This document shows, in pieces, positions 9,190 through 20,318 of a DNA stretch of 64,000 nucleotides (its first letter is position 1; each line of letters begins with the position of its first letter). A program made the position numbers and the translations under genes. A model generated the notes under the pieces. The model saw only the letters and a program-made list of their open reading frames with translations. It was not told where the DNA came from and ran no database searches. The stretch spans positions 15,854 through 79,853 of the forward strand of contig DYCF01000018.1 of the NCBI GenBank assembly GCA_019418225.1, in the 5' to 3' direction. This stretch comes from Clostridiales bacterium. GTDB lineage: Bacteria > Bacillota > Clostridia > Lachnospirales > Cellulosilyticaceae.

Positions 9190-10077
9190 TTATTGCTCTG
9201 GTAAAATGTATATATCTGTATCCTGGGCTACCATATCAGCCACTGTAATCATTGTTTTTCCTTCTGCTTCTTTATAGAGTGCGTATCCCTCTGGTGGGAA
9301 CACTTGAAAGACAGCCTCCTTAGAAACTGTATATTTATTGACCTTACCATTTTCACGGTGTAATGTGACATTATAAGTTGCTTTATCATTCTCTAAGTTT
9401 GTTACAAATTCAGGTACTTCTAACCCTTCCTCTGTATAGGTTATAAAAGACTCTGTCAAAATCAATTCCGCCTCTTCACCATAAGCAATCTCACTGTATT
9501 TCTGTAGCTCCAATGTCTCTGGATTATACGTATACACAAAGCGCATCACATCATATTTTCCCGCATCAAAGTAACTACCTAAATATACATCTTGGCTACT
9601 AATAGGAACTTCTGTAATCATTGTCCCTACACCATTTTCTATGGAGTTCTCTACCATCTTCTCATCGCCCCAAACATTTAAATCCTTTGCTTCTAGGTCC
9701 CCAATATAAGCTTCTATCTGATGGTCTATAAAGAGGCGTATACTAAATTTATTATCTTCTGGATCAAAGATATACATCCTTCCTCCCTTTTGAAATTCAG
9801 TATAACCATAGGAATTTTCATAAGTTGTTTCATACCCCTCCTTACCTATGCTAATACCTTCATAAGTCGAAAAATCTGCGCTTCCGTCCTCCTTATAATA
9901 AATTGTATTCACTAGTTTGGTGCAATGGCCTTTTAGAACCGATTCCGTCGTATTGGCTGCCACTAAATCCCCTAGTGTAATTTGAGGTGCCTTTTCATCT
10001 GCTCTCTGCCTTGTTCCACAAGCGGTTAAGGCTATGCACAGGCATAAGATTGGTAGTAACTTCTTTATTATTTTCAT
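9190..10077 (-). CDS. Lipoprotein of unknown function
   Basis: Signal peptide with lipobox LTAC. Confidence 0.75.
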   Translation of the reverse strand: MKIIKKLLPILCLCIALTACGTRQRADEKAPQITLGDLVAANTTESVLKGHCTKLVNTIYYKEDGSADFSTYEGISIGKEGYETTYENSYGYTEFQKGGRMYIFDPEDNKFSIRLFIDHQIEAYIGDLEAKDLNVWGDEKMVENSIENGVGTMITEVPISSQDVYLGSYFDAGKYDVMRFVYTYNPETLELQKYSEIAYGEEAELILTESFITYTEEGLEVPEFVTNLENDKATYNVTLHRENGKVNKYTVSKEAVFQVFPPEGYALYKEAEGKTMITVADMVAQDTDIYILPEQ

Positions 10078-10280
10078 ATAAAGAAGCCCCCCTTCAATAA
10101 TTACATGATGTTATTATATGCAAGGGGGACTTTAAACTTCACATAAATAAGCTATCAAATTTATGGCTTAATTTCGTGATTTTTAAGGTACTTTATATGA
10201 TTAGTATAACATCTCAGGCATGTCATTTATTGTATATCTGTGAACCCTAGTCCTAAAATTTTTCACAGGTAAAAGAAGTA

Positions 10281-10853
10281 TCAAAATAAATGAATCTCTC
10301 CATTTTCAAGATATACAAGGACTTGTTCTTCGCCCTTGCTATTATAAGCCTTTAATATACCACTGATGGACATCTTACTTTCATAAACCTTCGTTTCTTC
10401 ACCTGTATCCTTTCTCATCATAACCGCCTGATGTGCTTCATCAATTGTATATAAAGCTTCCCCTATAACAAGTGACTGCTCTAATTTTATTTGTTTCTTA
10501 TCTATAATCTTTTCAAATCCCCTCAGAATTTCCTCTTTTAATTCCTTCTTGAGTTCTTCTTTAAACTCATTTTTCATTTGTCCTTCGATTTCTCTGCCCA
10601 GTTCATTAAGTCTTACCATTTGTGCTGTATTAATAAGTTCTAAATCTTCTTTAATCCCTGCAATATGTTCTTCTAAACTTGTAATCTTTTCATGACTTTC
10701 TTCAAAATCCTTTAGCTGCCCCACCGACTCTATCTGTGCCATAAGTCTTTTAAAAGATTCATTAAATGCCATAAGTGTTTCACTTAAACTTTGGCTCTTG
10801 TTTTCATTTTCTCTAATTCCAGCTATAAGCTGCTCCATTTGCGCATCATTCAT
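10281..10853 (-). CDS. Hypothetical coiled-coil protein
   Basis: AGGAGG RBS; E/K-rich helical ORF 47 bp downstream of the helicase. Confidence 0.6.
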   Translation of the reverse strand: MNDAQMEQLIAGIRENENKSQSLSETLMAFNESFKRLMAQIESVGQLKDFEESHEKITSLEEHIAGIKEDLELINTAQMVRLNELGREIEGQMKNEFKEELKKELKEEILRGFEKIIDKKQIKLEQSLVIGEALYTIDEAHQAVMMRKDTGEETKVYESKMSISGILKAYNSKGEEQVLVYLENGEIHLF

Positions 10854-10900
10854 CTGTTCGCTTCCTCCTATATATACTGCGTATTATCTCTCATTATCTT

Positions 10901-13489
10901 TTATCTCATTATATTTGTTTCTAGCATTTTAGCAGATGTTTCTACGTCCTGCCTAAATTCCTCAGCACACAGGATTGTAAAATCCTGCTCCTCCTGCTCA
11001 TGTGGCAACCTCTCTATATAATAATTCACACACATTGCTTCTATTTTATCTCTCAAAAATGCTGTCATATAAGGCTGCAGATCTCTTTCATATACAATGC
11101 TTTCATTACATATGATTTCTTTCATAAAACTTTTTTCATCCCATCTTACGAAGCATTCATAATATTTCTCATATATCTTAGCCTTATAATATACCTTTGT
11201 GGCATCTTCCCATGCCTTAGCTTTTTCATAAAAAGCACCTGCTTCTTTAAATGCCCCATTGGCTTCTTGCAGTTTACCTTTACAAAAGGCTTCTCGTAAC
11301 CTTGCCTTCGGCATACGTAATTTCTCATATTGCATAAGTGCACGTCTATAATCTTCTGCCGCCTCAAACTTAAGGGCCTCCAAATAAAAATCTTCTGCAC
11401 TAGAGTCTTCATCTAACCCAAAGACCTCATCATTAAATACGGTTTCATTCTGCATCTCCATGTCAAAAAGATTTGTAATGAAATCTGCATCTACCTCATC
11501 TTCTATCAGGCATAAACTTTCCTGTGTCCTCGTTAAAGTCACATAAAGCATATTCATAATGTATCTGTAAAAATAATTTTCCTTAATACCCTCAGATAAA
11601 GTCTCTTCCTTTTTACACTGTGCAATAAACTGCCATTTATTCTTAAAACTGCTAAGTAAATTGACACCTATAATATATTTGTTTTCTAAGCCCTTTACTT
11701 CATAAATGGTAAAGATACGGATTTTATTTTCTAGCAGTTCTTCTAACTCTTCCTTTTCCCTATCCGTTGCCACCACAATATAAACATAAGCCTTTTTAAC
11801 GGCTTCTCTTAGCAACTTCATCTTTTCTATGCGGTTTCCGCACAAAGTATAAAGGTTTCCTTCCTGCTCGCACATGGCAACTTCTTCGCTATAATCATTA
11901 CGTTTATCTTTCCCAAAGAGCTTTTTTCTAAGCTGGCTAATACCATTAGCCAGTTCCACAACCTGTCTAGGATTTCGATAATTATGCGTTAAGACAAGGC
12001 GATTGGCATCTTCCTTATAACGATAGTTATGATGCTCTAAAAGAGTCATAATACGCTTCGTATCAAAATACGTAGGTGCAATCGTCTGATGATAATCTCC
12101 ACTCAAGAGAAAGTTCCCGGACTGTCGTACTCTTGTTTGTAAAAGATAAATCTCAAGTTCCGTTAAATCTTGTACCTCATCAATTACAATCCAATCATAT
12201 AAAGTTGGCATGCTCTCTTTATCTAGTCCATCTTTTCTCTCCTCGTAGCTAAAGCTACCAAAACCACGCTCTGTCTCTTTTGACAACGTTTCTTTTGCTA
12301 GTAGCTTTCTACAAAGGTCATTTTCATCATAGATACCTTCTTCCTTTTGCCAAAGCACATATTTATGAGCTAAGGCATACAGTACCTTGCGCTGTGCTGC
12401 ATTATAGAAGGAATGCTGCTGACTTAATCGCATATATTCTGCTTCTGGCAAAAGCCCGCTGCCATCTTCCTCAATATGTGGCTGCCATGCATCTCCTGCA
12501 TACCCCTTAATAAGCCCTCTAATCTCACGCCACGCTTCATAACCCGTTAAATTTAAAATCACATCTTTATATTCCGGATTCATACTCCAATTCTGACGCA
12601 GTGGCATAAAGAACTTCTCATTAAACTGGTCATACTGAATCATATAATCCGTCTGTGTCTCTTCCTTTAGCCAATCTCTAAGCGGATGAAAATCTACTTG
12701 TGCTTCATAATCTGCAATTTCATTTGCCTCTAACTCATTTTCAAGTACCGTATGAAAAATCTTCTTTGCGGATTGTGCTAATTTACTTGAGTAAGTAAAG
12801 TATCCCACCTTAATGCCTGGATTCTGTTTAATTAAATCTACTAATTTATAAACACCTATAGTCGTCTTGCCACTTCCTGCACTTCCAAATAAAATAAGGG
12901 GCCTGTAATCTGCATTCACACATTCCCTTTGATTTTTGTTTAAATAATAGATTCCCTGTAATCGTTCTAAATCAATAAGTGCCTCAATACCAATATGCTT
13001 AAACACTCTAGTAATAGACGTTTCCGGATCATATCTTAGCTGCATTGCCTTCTCATCTGCCACCTGATCTGCCAATAATTCCGTATCACCGCCACTTATG
13101 TCACCTACCATTTGTGCCATATTGCCACTTGCCTCAAGTGACTCTTCTACCTTCGGCATTACCTTAGATAGATTCCTCGCCTTCACAATCTGTGTATCAT
13201 GCTTACAGAACATCAGTAAAATCAATGCATCCTCATAACCACTTTCTTCTAAATCCAAACTCTTTCCTTTCGTGAAAAGTATACGGCACCCATCACTCAC
13301 CTTAAACTTCCACACTTCCGGCAGCATCGTCTCACCATATACCTTCTTCACGCTAAACCTACGATTTAATTCTGTAGGGTCAATATTACTTTCCCATGCC
13401 CTTACGAATTCACCTATTTTACTTAAAATCTGGTCTCTATTCTCCCTTGGCAGACTTCTCTCAAATCGAATATCTTCTAGTACACTCAT
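10901..13489 (-). CDS. SF1 UvrD-like helicase with N-terminal RelE/ParE-like domain and C-terminal TPR-like repeats
   Basis: GSAGSGKTT, IDEVQD, GDYHQ, NYRN, TIYEVKGLE, LYVTLTR motifs; N-term VWKFKVSDGCRILF...KHD; C-term FKEAGAFYEKAKAWEDA. Confidence 0.85.
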   Translation of the reverse strand: MSVLEDIRFERSLPRENRDQILSKIGEFVRAWESNIDPTELNRRFSVKKVYGETMLPEVWKFKVSDGCRILFTKGKSLDLEESGYEDALILLMFCKHDTQIVKARNLSKVMPKVEESLEASGNMAQMVGDISGGDTELLADQVADEKAMQLRYDPETSITRVFKHIGIEALIDLERLQGIYYLNKNQRECVNADYRPLILFGSAGSGKTTIGVYKLVDLIKQNPGIKVGYFTYSSKLAQSAKKIFHTVLENELEANEIADYEAQVDFHPLRDWLKEETQTDYMIQYDQFNEKFFMPLRQNWSMNPEYKDVILNLTGYEAWREIRGLIKGYAGDAWQPHIEEDGSGLLPEAEYMRLSQQHSFYNAAQRKVLYALAHKYVLWQKEEGIYDENDLCRKLLAKETLSKETERGFGSFSYEERKDGLDKESMPTLYDWIVIDEVQDLTELEIYLLQTRVRQSGNFLLSGDYHQTIAPTYFDTKRIMTLLEHHNYRYKEDANRLVLTHNYRNPRQVVELANGISQLRKKLFGKDKRNDYSEEVAMCEQEGNLYTLCGNRIEKMKLLREAVKKAYVYIVVATDREKEELEELLENKIRIFTIYEVKGLENKYIIGVNLLSSFKNKWQFIAQCKKEETLSEGIKENYFYRYIMNMLYVTLTRTQESLCLIEDEVDADFITNLFDMEMQNETVFNDEVFGLDEDSSAEDFYLEALKFEAAEDYRRALMQYEKLRMPKARLREAFCKGKLQEANGAFKEAGAFYEKAKAWEDATKVYYKAKIYEKYYECFVRWDEKSFMKEIICNESIVYERDLQPYMTAFLRDKIEAMCVNYYIERLPHEQEEQDFTILCAEEFRQDVETSAKMLETNIMR

Positions 13490-13569
13490 ACTGCCACCTC
13501 ATTTCATTTTATTACTTTTATATTTGATATTATTTTTTTATCTAATACTACTTTTTATATTTTCTTCTC

Positions 13570-13795
13570 TATAGATTTCACATTTATAAAATTTAGTTAT
13601 TCATAGTTTTTAGTCATGTGAAATCATTGGGAGAAATCTATTTACCTACAGGTATATTTCAAGGTTTTAGTTGCTTTCTCTATAGATTTCACATTTATAA
13701 ATTTTAGTTATTCATGCTTTTTAGTCATGTGAAATCATTGAGAGAAATCTATTTACCTACAGGTATATTTCAAGGTTTTAGTTGCTTTCTCTATA
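13570..13795 (+). repeat. Head-to-tail tandem dimer of the 111-bp dispersed repeat
   Basis: Units 13570-13680 and 13681-13791 nearly identical, closed by TATA 13792-13795. Confidence 0.95.
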
Positions 13796-14039
13796 CCTTA
13801 TTTTAAGACCTACTTATGTTTTTACTATAAGCAACCTCATCTATTTCATAAATTTACCTGCGCCTATAACCCAAAAGGCCGTAATAAAGTTAGCGTCAAA
13901 TCCTCTAACTTTACCACGACCTTCTTATAGCTCTTCAATTTTGCACCGCTACTCCTTTAACATCTTTTGTGCATATTCTTTTAATTATTATACTATCTCC
14001 TTATTTTATTCCAAGGCCCTTCAAATTTTATCCCTAACT

Positions 14040-16088
14040 TTAATAAGTTACTACAAAATTACCTTTATCATATATTAAGTTATAAGATATACTGCCCTCG
14101 CCTAATGTAAATATACTTACAAGCCTTTTCTCAAGTAAGGTATTTTTACCATCAATCCATTTATAAATACCTGGTGCGTAACCAGATGTCACATAAGCAA
14201 TGCGTTTGCCAGATACTTTAAAATCTCTGATAGGTTTATCACTTACTGTAGTCGTTGTTCCCGTGCCTAAACCATAGATATAAAGTCCACTGCCCAAATC
14301 TTTGTTACCGCCCTGCTTTGTATAATAGAGGCAATTATTTTGAAGGTCAGCCTTTTGAACTGGCGTGCTCACCAATGTCTTTTCTCCATTGCCTTCTAAA
14401 TCTACTGTTTTTATGTATCCTGTAGCTGATTCAATATAATAAATATGCTCTCCATTCAGCCAATAGTTTGCCGTTGGCGTTGTAATCTGTTTTTGTACAT
14501 TGGTTTTTAAGTCAATACTACATACTGCCTGTTTCTTTGAACTACCATTTTCATAAGCTAATGTATAAAGCTTGCCATTTCTAATAAAGGCATTGCCACA
14601 AATACCATAGCCATTAGCTTCGTCATCCACTAAACTCATCTTCATGTCATACACGTAGCTTGGGCTACCTATCGTTCCATTTTGTTTGGTCTTTTGATTA
14701 TAACAGCCTATGTTCTGAGTATTGAGCCAGTTAGACATTTCTGTGTAGTAAATCATATTCCCATCTATAATAAGGCTACCAAATTGACTGCATCCTATCA
14801 GTTTTTCACATTTTCCATCAACAATCTTGTAAAGTTCTTCACTTCCCATAGTCCAATCGCCATTATGAACGACTACATAAAGCACATCCTCTACTGGAAT
14901 TACCCTACTGACAAAATTGAAATTCTCATCAACTGCCATTTGCCATACAACATGTGACTGCATTGTGGTTAAGTCAAATCTTTCTAAGTTTGCCCCTCTA
15001 CTGCCATTAACTAAATAATAAAAGTCATAATCCACTACTTGTACATTGGTATTATAGGCACTTTCAATTTTCTTAAGTACCTGTGGCGTCCCTTTACCTT
15101 GCTGGCTATAAATGGTTAGCTCATTCTCACCAGTCTTTTCATTATAGTGACTAACTGCATAATAATTAATCCCATTGTAATTTGTTACGGCCGTTACATA
15201 TTCATCAGATTGAACAGCCTGTCTATTACTTTCTAGATGTGTCTTCACTGTTTGAATTGCACCAGTCATCTCTTCATTTTCTAAGTTAATACCATTCTGG
15301 CTTATAAAAACCAAACCATTTTTATAGCTCACTTGTTTACCTAGTATTTCGCCTATGGCACGTAGTGGTAAACAAATACTTCCATTTATTTTCTTAGGTG
15401 CCTTAGATAACTGCTGCATACTCTTCGTCGCTGCATCATCATTTGTCCCAGACGTATTTATCTCAGCAGCGCAGCTTCCTACCGTTAGCTTAATTGTCTT
15501 AGTCTTCCCGCTACTTAACCAGCCGCCTAATTCTGTACTCGTCATATAATTACACTGCAAAATAACCTCATTTGGTTTCTTACTATCCCATTTAGCTTCC
15601 CAAATTTCCTCATTGGTACTCACTACCTTTGTCAGCAAGCGCAGTGGCAAATAACTCGTATTTGATTCACTATATACTTTGTATTTTTCATAAGATAAGT
15701 CAATATATTCTCCATTGGTAAAAATCTTACCTTGATAATTCACAGGTACAATGCTGACTTCATCTAACTGGTCCTCGCTCACTTTCTGAGCTGCTGTTGG
15801 TGCCACTTCTTCATTTTTTGCTACGTTCGCTTCCTGTACGATTTCCTGTTTATTTACTGCATCGCTGCTTACTATTTCTTCTTTATTTGTTACTGCATCA
15901 CTACTTGCTGTTTCTTGTTTATTTGTTACTGCATCGCTGCTTGCTGTTTCTTGTTTATTTGCTACTGCATTGCTACTTGCTATCTCTTGCTTTAAAGCCA
16001 CTTGATTACTACTTCCTATATCTTCTGCAAATAACGTCCCACCCATACTTATTGCCATAAGTCCTATTATTACCCATTGTTTGTTCAT
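14040..16088 (-). CDS. Secreted protein: copper-amine-oxidase N-terminal-like domain plus DUF5050-like beta-propeller
   Basis: Signal peptide; SYLPLRLL and ICLPLRAIGEILGKQVSY motifs; repeated (I/L)YY strands. Confidence 0.7.
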   Translation of the reverse strand: MNKQWVIIGLMAISMGGTLFAEDIGSSNQVALKQEIASSNAVANKQETASSDAVTNKQETASSDAVTNKEEIVSSDAVNKQEIVQEANVAKNEEVAPTAAQKVSEDQLDEVSIVPVNYQGKIFTNGEYIDLSYEKYKVYSESNTSYLPLRLLTKVVSTNEEIWEAKWDSKKPNEVILQCNYMTSTELGGWLSSGKTKTIKLTVGSCAAEINTSGTNDDAATKSMQQLSKAPKKINGSICLPLRAIGEILGKQVSYKNGLVFISQNGINLENEEMTGAIQTVKTHLESNRQAVQSDEYVTAVTNYNGINYYAVSHYNEKTGENELTIYSQQGKGTPQVLKKIESAYNTNVQVVDYDFYYLVNGSRGANLERFDLTTMQSHVVWQMAVDENFNFVSRVIPVEDVLYVVVHNGDWTMGSEELYKIVDGKCEKLIGCSQFGSLIIDGNMIYYTEMSNWLNTQNIGCYNQKTKQNGTIGSPSYVYDMKMSLVDDEANGYGICGNAFIRNGKLYTLAYENGSSKKQAVCSIDLKTNVQKQITTPTANYWLNGEHIYYIESATGYIKTVDLEGNGEKTLVSTPVQKADLQNNCLYYTKQGGNKDLGSGLYIYGLGTGTTTTVSDKPIRDFKVSGKRIAYVTSGYAPGIYKWIDGKNTLLEKRLVSIFTLGEGSISYNLIYDKGNFVVTY
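15840..15992 (-). repeat. Intragenic 36-bp tandem repeat (KQETASSDAVTN, ~4 copies)
   Basis: Visible in DNA and translation. Confidence 0.85.
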
Positions 16089-16105
16089 CCCAATATCATC
16101 CTCCC

Positions 16106-16170
16106 ATTTATAACATCTCTATTTATAACATCTCTATTTATAGCATCTTTATTTATAGCACCTTTATTTA
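16106..16170. repeat. 15-bp tandem repeat x4 (atttataacatctct) upstream of the secreted-protein gene
   Basis: Units start at 16106, 16121, 16136, 16151. Confidence 0.85.
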
Positions 16171-16448
16171 TCTTTTTATCTAACATCTTATCTAATTTCT
16201 TTTCTATTTTTTTATCTGCTATTTGTCTTGTCATTTATTTATATTGCTGTTTATTTATCCCCTTCTCTTTTTTATCTAACCTTTATCTAGCACCTTGTCT
16301 ATTCTTACATTACCACACCTATTTGTTCTTAGCCTTGTCCTCTCCTCAATCTTAAACAAATAGTAATCTTCCTGTAAAAATCTATTTCTTCCCAACAAAA
16401 AAAGCCCTTTAGGGAGCTATGCATTGCATGCCCCTAAACGGACCTTCT

Positions 16449-17261
16449 CTAATACCCTAATTCTTTCCACTGCCCATATTTTCTAAAGCGGTTGTAACGT
16501 GCTTCTACGAGCTGGTCAGTTGGTACTTCTTCTAAACTATTTAATGTCTCTAATAAATACTGTTTTAACTTTTCTGCCGCAGCTTCTGGATCTTGATGTG
16601 CCCCACTAGCAGGTTCTTCAATGATTTGATCTATGATTTGATAATCCAATAAATCTTTGGCCGTAAGCTTCATTTTGCGTGCCGCTTCCTTGGCACGGCT
16701 CGCATCTTTCCATAGAATACTTGCAAAGCCTTCTGGTGAAAGAATAGAGTAAATCGCATGTTCCTGCATAAATACTTTATCGGCTACACCTAAAGCTAAA
16801 GCTCCGCCACTGCCGCCTTCTCCAATAATTCCTGCGATAACTGGTGTACGCAATTTAGACATTTCAAAGAGATTCCTTGCAATAGCTTCACCTTGACCTC
16901 TTTCTTCTGCGCCCACACCGCAATATGCTCCGGGTGTATCAATAAGGCAAATAATAGGCCTGTGAAATTTCTCAGCTTCCTTCATTAAACGAAGTGCCTT
17001 GCGATAGCCTTCCGGATGAGGCATTCCAAAGTTGCTAGCTATATTTTCCTTAGCTGTATTACCCTTGCTCTGCACAATGAGCGTTACAACTTTACCTTCT
17101 ATTTCACCTATCCCACCAATAATAGCCGGATCATCTCTAAAGGCTCTATCACCATGTAGCTCTATAAACTTATCACACAGGGCATGAATATAGAATTTAC
17201 CACGCGGTCTTTCTGCTTTTCTTGCCAGTAATACCTTATCCCATGGTTCCAATCTTTCCAT
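16449..17261 (-). CDS. accA: Acetyl-CoA carboxylase carboxyltransferase alpha
   Basis: ELHGDR..DD, FGMPHPEGYRKA, GEGGSGGALA. Confidence 0.97.
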   Translation of the reverse strand: MERLEPWDKVLLARKAERPRGKFYIHALCDKFIELHGDRAFRDDPAIIGGIGEIEGKVVTLIVQSKGNTAKENIASNFGMPHPEGYRKALRLMKEAEKFHRPIICLIDTPGAYCGVGAEERGQGEAIARNLFEMSKLRTPVIAGIIGEGGSGGALALGVADKVFMQEHAIYSILSPEGFASILWKDASRAKEAARKMKLTAKDLLDYQIIDQIIEEPASGAHQDPEAAAEKLKQYLLETLNSLEEVPTDQLVEARYNRFRKYGQWKELGY

Positions 17262-18119
17262 CTACTTTCCCTCCCTTGTATGAAAGTCTAGTAACATACC
17301 TAACGTTTTCTTTAAATCACGTCTTTCTACAATGGCATCAATCTGCCCTTTTTCTAATAAAAACTCAGCACGCTGAAAACCTTCTGGCAATTTTGCTTTA
17401 ATAGTTTGTTCAATAACCCTTGGACCTGCAAAACCTATAAGGGCACCCGGTTCTGCAAGTATAATATCGCCTAATGTTGCAAAACTTGCTGTGACGCCAC
17501 CTGTTGTTGGATCTGTCAGGACATTCATCTGTAACATTCCAGCTTCATCATGTCTTGCTAGTGCCGCACTCGTTTTTGCCATCTGCATGAGTGAAAAAAT
17601 CCCCTCTTGCATTCTGGCACCACCTGATGCAGTAAAGATGATGATAGGCAATTTACACGCTGTGGCCATTTCAACTGCTCTTGTAATTTTTTCACCTACT
17701 ACTGAGCCCATGCTTCCCATCATAAAGTTAGCGTCCATAATAACAAGCATAACCTCATGTCCTTCTATTTTTGCCTTACCAGTTACAACAGCTTCTTTTT
17801 GCCCCGTCTTCTTTTGATACTTTGCAAGTTTATCATCATATTCTCTAAAAGCTAATGGATTCACACTTTCTAGATTTTGATTAATTTCTTCAAAAGTATG
17901 TTTATCCACAATAAGGCTTATTCGCGCCTTAGCTGTCAGTGGATAATAGTAACCACAGTGTGGACAAATTCCTAAAGTTCCTTTTAAATCAGGACGATAA
18001 ATACTCTTTTTACATTTAGGGCATTTCACATAAATACCTTCTGGTACTTCATTTTTCTTTTTTCCTACATGCTGAGATGTGGTCGCATATTTTTTCTTTA
18101 ACAACGTCCTAAGCCTCAT
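17262..18119 (-). CDS. accD: Acetyl-CoA carboxylase carboxyltransferase beta
   Basis: CPKC..CPHC zinc finger, [20 protein letters not shown]. Confidence 0.97.
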   Translation of the reverse strand: MRLRTLLKKKYATTSQHVGKKKNEVPEGIYVKCPKCKKSIYRPDLKGTLGICPHCGYYYPLTAKARISLIVDKHTFEEINQNLESVNPLAFREYDDKLAKYQKKTGQKEAVVTGKAKIEGHEVMLVIMDANFMMGSMGSVVGEKITRAVEMATACKLPIIIFTASGGARMQEGIFSLMQMAKTSAALARHDEAGMLQMNVLTDPTTGGVTASFATLGDIILAEPGALIGFAGPRVIEQTIKAKLPEGFQRAEFLLEKGQIDAIVERRDLKKTLGMLLDFHTREGK

Positions 18120-19479
18120 TTAAGATTCCTCCTAAGATATTGTCTAAATTTTTCTCGATAAAGCCTGTATTTACATTGGCCACTACAAAGTCTGGATGAT
18201 TTAAAAGCTGATATTCAAATAATATATTTGTTTGAATACCTTCAATGTTTATTTCATCTAAAGCACGTTTCATAATCTGAATGGCTTCTTCTCTTGTATC
18301 ACCATAAGCAATAATCTTTGCCAACATTGCGTCGTATTGAGGTGGTACTTTGTAACCTTCATAAAGGGCAGAATCTACACGTACACCTCTTCCGCCTGGT
18401 AAGTAAAGCTCTTTGATTTCACCAGCAGAAGGTCTGAAATCTAATTCTGGATTTTCAGCATTGATACGGCATTCTATGGCATGCCCTTTAATCTGCACCT
18501 CACTTTGGCTCACACCCAAAGGCTCACCACTTGCAATCTGAATTTGCATTTTAATTAGGTCTATACCCGTAATCATTTCTGTTACAGGGTGTTCTACTTG
18601 AATCCTTGTATTCATTTCAATGAAATAAAAATGGCCCGATTCATCCACGATGAATTCGATGGTTCCAGCATTTTCATAATTTACAGTTTTTGCTGCTCTA
18701 ATGGCTACTTCACCCATTGCCATTCTTAAATCTTCACTTAAAAAGGGTGATGGCGCTTCTTCCATAACCTTTTGATGTCTTCTTTGTAATGAGCAATCTC
18801 TTTCTCCGAGATGAATCACATTACCAAACTGGTCACCTAATATTTGAAACTCAATATGTCTTGGATTTTCGATATACTTTTCTAAATACATACTGCCATC
18901 ACCGAAGGCACTTAAAGCTTCACTACTAGCTGCCCCAAAGGCTTCTTTAAGCTGCTCGCGATTTCTAGCAATACGCATACCACGTCCACCGCCGCCTGCT
19001 GATGCCTTAAGCATCACAGGATAGCCGATTTGCTCAGCTAACTGAATGGCTTCTTCTGTATTTTCTAGTTTGCCTTCTGAACCAGGTACGACAGGTACAT
19101 CAGCTGCTATCATCATTTCTCTTGCCTTTGCCTTATCACCCATAAGTGTAATCATCTCACTACTAGGGCCAATGAATTTAATGCCACAATTGGTACAAAT
19201 CTCTGCAAACTTAGCATTCTCAGATAAAAAGCCAAAGCCTGGATGCAGTGCATCACATCCTGTAAGTACTGCTGCACTAATAATGTTTTCTATATTAAGA
19301 TAGCTATCTTTAGGAAGAGGACTGCCAATACATACTGCCTCATCTGCAAGCGCCACATGAAGCGCATCTTTATCTGCTGTAGAATATACAGCCACAGTTT
19401 CTATTCCCATCTCCCTGCAAGCTCTAATAATTCTTACAGCAATCTCTCCCCTATTTGCCACAAGTACTTTCTCGATCAT
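18109..19479 (-). CDS. accC: Biotin carboxylase
   Basis: [27 protein letters not shown]. Confidence 0.97.
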   Translation of the reverse strand: MIEKVLVANRGEIAVRIIRACREMGIETVAVYSTADKDALHVALADEAVCIGSPLPKDSYLNIENIISAAVLTGCDALHPGFGFLSENAKFAEICTNCGIKFIGPSSEMITLMGDKAKAREMMIAADVPVVPGSEGKLENTEEAIQLAEQIGYPVMLKASAGGGGRGMRIARNREQLKEAFGAASSEALSAFGDGSMYLEKYIENPRHIEFQILGDQFGNVIHLGERDCSLQRRHQKVMEEAPSPFLSEDLRMAMGEVAIRAAKTVNYENAGTIEFIVDESGHFYFIEMNTRIQVEHPVTEMITGIDLIKMQIQIASGEPLGVSQSEVQIKGHAIECRINAENPELDFRPSAGEIKELYLPGGRGVRVDSALYEGYKVPPQYDAMLAKIIAYGDTREEAIQIMKRALDEINIEGIQTNILFEYQLLNHPDFVVANVNTGFIEKNLDNILGGILNEA

Positions 19480-19496
19480 CCTCTTATCCCTCCTAA

Positions 19497-19919
19497 TTAA
19501 CCAATAGCAAAAATGAGTTCTGCCTCACAAACCTTTTTATCACCCACATAAGCTGTTGCCTTTCCAACACCCATAGGCCCTCTTAACTTAATAATTTCAC
19601 AGCACAACTTCAGCGTATCACCTGGTACAACCTTGCCTCTGAATTTAGCTTCTTTAATCCCTCCAAAGTAAGCAATCTTACCTTTAAATTCATCCTTAGA
19701 TAAAAGTGCAATAGCACCCACCTGAGCTAAAGCTTCCACAATAAGCACCCCAGGCATCACCGGTTCTACAGGAAAATGCCCCTGAAAGAATGGCTCATTA
19801 ATCGTCACATTCTTATAACCAACAGCACCATTCCCATCCTCAGCAATCTCAGCCTTATCCACCAGTAAAAAAGGATATCTGTGCGGAATAATCTCCATAA
19901 TCTGTTTCACATCCAACAT
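19497..19919 (-). CDS. fabZ: 3-hydroxyacyl-ACP dehydratase
   Basis: [24 protein letters not shown]. Confidence 0.97.
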   Translation of the reverse strand: MLDVKQIMEIIPHRYPFLLVDKAEIAEDGNGAVGYKNVTINEPFFQGHFPVEPVMPGVLIVEALAQVGAIALLSKDEFKGKIAYFGGIKEAKFRGKVVPGDTLKLCCEIIKLRGPMGVGKATAYVGDKKVCEAELIFAIG

Positions 19920-20123
19920 CTTCTCATCCCTCCTACTTTCTACTTCTCAATCTACTCCAACCTAAGTCTACGTTATTCAACTTCATACTTATTACATCTA
20001 TCATTATTCAATCATTTCTTATTAGTAATTTATCGATATCCTTGCTACTATGTCTACGCCAACTATTACCTTGTATTTTTCCCAAGCAGATACAGTTAAC
20101 TTCTTCTTTTCTCCACTACACTA

Positions 20124-20306
20124 GTTTGTGTGTGTGGCTACTACTAGTCTGCCTGTGGAGTAATTTGATGAAGCTCTTAGTGAAAATTTAAGGAGCTTTT
20201 AGCACTGCTGTTTGAACGCAGTGAGTTCAGTGCGTTTCTTTAATTTTTGAACTTAGAGCTTCACAAATTACGGAAGGTGCAGCTAGTAGTAGCCACACAC
20301 ACAAAC
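20124..20306. mobile_element. 183-bp palindromic (MITE/REP-like) element
   Basis: Perfect 24-bp terminal inverted repeats gtttgtgtgtgtggctactactag; imperfect internal symmetry. Confidence 0.7.
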
Positions 20307-20318
20307 AATCATTCTTTA

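Noticed and set aside
13570..13795. CRISPR array
   Set aside because: Two adjacent 111-bp units with no unique spacers and no cas genes; it is a tandem of a dispersed repeat
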